Shown one piece after another: positions 31,429 to 32,000 of a stretch of 32,000 bases of DNA. The stretch covers positions 1 to 32,000 of the forward strand of contig JACPWU010000058.1 of assembly GCA_016196885.1 (NCBI GenBank), read 5' to 3'. The translations under genes and the position numbers were made by a program. The stretch's first letter is position 1; each line of letters starts with the position of its first letter. A model generated the notes under the pieces. That model made no database searches. It was given only the letters and a program-made list of their open reading frames with translations, and had not been told where the DNA came from. This DNA is from Chlamydiota bacterium (GTDB lineage Bacteria; Auribacterota; JACPWU01).

Positions 31429-31922
31429 TGGGTTGTTCCAGCACCATGAAAATTCCTAAAAAGCAAAGATCCATTCTATATATCAGCTTAATCATTCTTT
31501 TTTTGTCCGGAGCGATTTGGTGGGGTGCCAACTTTTTGATAAAACCTGAAACAGAAATAGATAGCTTTATTTATACCTCTCGTTCCCTCAGTCTGGAAAT
31601 TCATGGGGGAGTGGCGATGGTGGTTTTAATGGTTTTAGGATCTCTTATCCCAAATCATATTCTAAAATCATGGAGGGCCAAGTTAAATAGGAGAAGCGGG
31701 GTTCTTCTCATCACTGTTTTTGTCCTTCTCATTCTAACGGGATATTTTCTCTACTATGCAGATGAAAATTTAAGAAATTTTTCAAGCACCCTTCATCTTG
31801 TTCTGGGATTTCTTTTGCCTTTTTTTGTGATAGGTCATATTTTGAGAAGTCGCGCTTTTCGGCGTAAGGAGAATAAGAGGAGGGTCGGTCGTGTTAAAAT
31901 ACAAGAACGAGCTGTCTTATGA
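31428..31922 (+). CDS. Four-TM membrane protein with paired His on helices 2 and 4 (cytochrome-b-like, DUF4405/MsrQ-like by layout)
   Basis: 164 aa. TM1 ILYISLIILFLSGAIWWGANFL, TM2 EIHGGVAMVVLMVLGSLIPNHI, TM3 GVLLITVFVLLILTGYFLYY, TM4 LHLVLGFLLPFFVIGHIL. GGAGG lies 4 nt before the ATG. An alternative ATG is at 31446. Confidence 0.7.
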   Translation: MGCSSTMKIPKKQRSILYISLIILFLSGAIWWGANFLIKPETEIDSFIYTSRSLSLEIHGGVAMVVLMVLGSLIPNHILKSWRAKLNRRSGVLLITVFVLLILTGYFLYYADENLRNFSSTLHLVLGFLLPFFVIGHILRSRAFRRKENKRRVGRVKIQERAVL

Positions 31923-32000
31923 AAATGGAACGGGTCTGGATCGTATATTTAGAAGTGTGTCCTTTTAAGAGGAGGCGGGTCCTGTCCCTCCTCACCCAGC
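31919..32000 (+). CDS. 5' end of an unknown ORF, truncated by the window edge
   Basis: ATGA overlap with the previous stop. MKMERVWIVYLEVCPFKRRRVLSLLTQ..., open to the edge. Function cannot be assigned. Confidence 0.3.
   Translation, partial: MKMERVWIVYLEVCPFKRRRVLSLLTQ

Overview
Moderately AT-rich bacterial chromosomal segment of diderm type. It is almost fully coding, nearly all on the + strand, and many genes are joined by 4-nt start/stop overlaps (ATGA, GTGA, TTGA). The taxon cannot be set from the sequence alone.

Content, left to right:
- The 5' end of an AbiEi-like gene (- strand), then thrB.
- A self-contained rpsU unit (promoter, CDS, terminator).
- An envelope-glycan locus of about 17 kb: a flippase-like membrane protein; rmlA-rmlB-rmlD-trm112; an MFS transporter; a convergent deoxyhypusine-synthase-like gene; the wzm/wzt ABC exporter, with a C-terminal extension on Wzt; a 698-aa two-domain glycosyltransferase; one GT2 and three GT4 enzymes; a WecA/MraY-type initiating transferase; and an O-antigen-ligase/TPR protein.
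- aroQ-PGPGW-sulfotransferase.
- A full-length bacterial eRF1/Pelota homologue in which the GGQ position reads GGW.
- A CBS-korA-korB-CBS(Zn-ribbon) operon.
- A DUF4143-type AAA ATPase.
- A Fur-family regulator followed by a His-rich outer-membrane barrel, a secreted FMN_bind protein, ApbE and a 4-TM His-pair membrane protein.

No rRNA, tRNA or CRISPR array was seen.

Most interesting signals:
1. The Fur-gated barrel/FMN_bind/ApbE/cytochrome-b-like module, with a non-canonical 9-3-9 operator present twice.
2. The GGW eRF1-like protein, preceded by a promoter, purine tract and terminator leader.
3. Structured intergenic DNA at almost every operon junction: heptamer-phased word arrays that also fold as hairpins, a TAAC/GTTA-ended repeat family in 2-3 copies that carries a Shine-Dalgarno-occluding module, and a nested palindrome of about 190 nt.

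All functional calls rest on motif recognition by eye. No database search was run.
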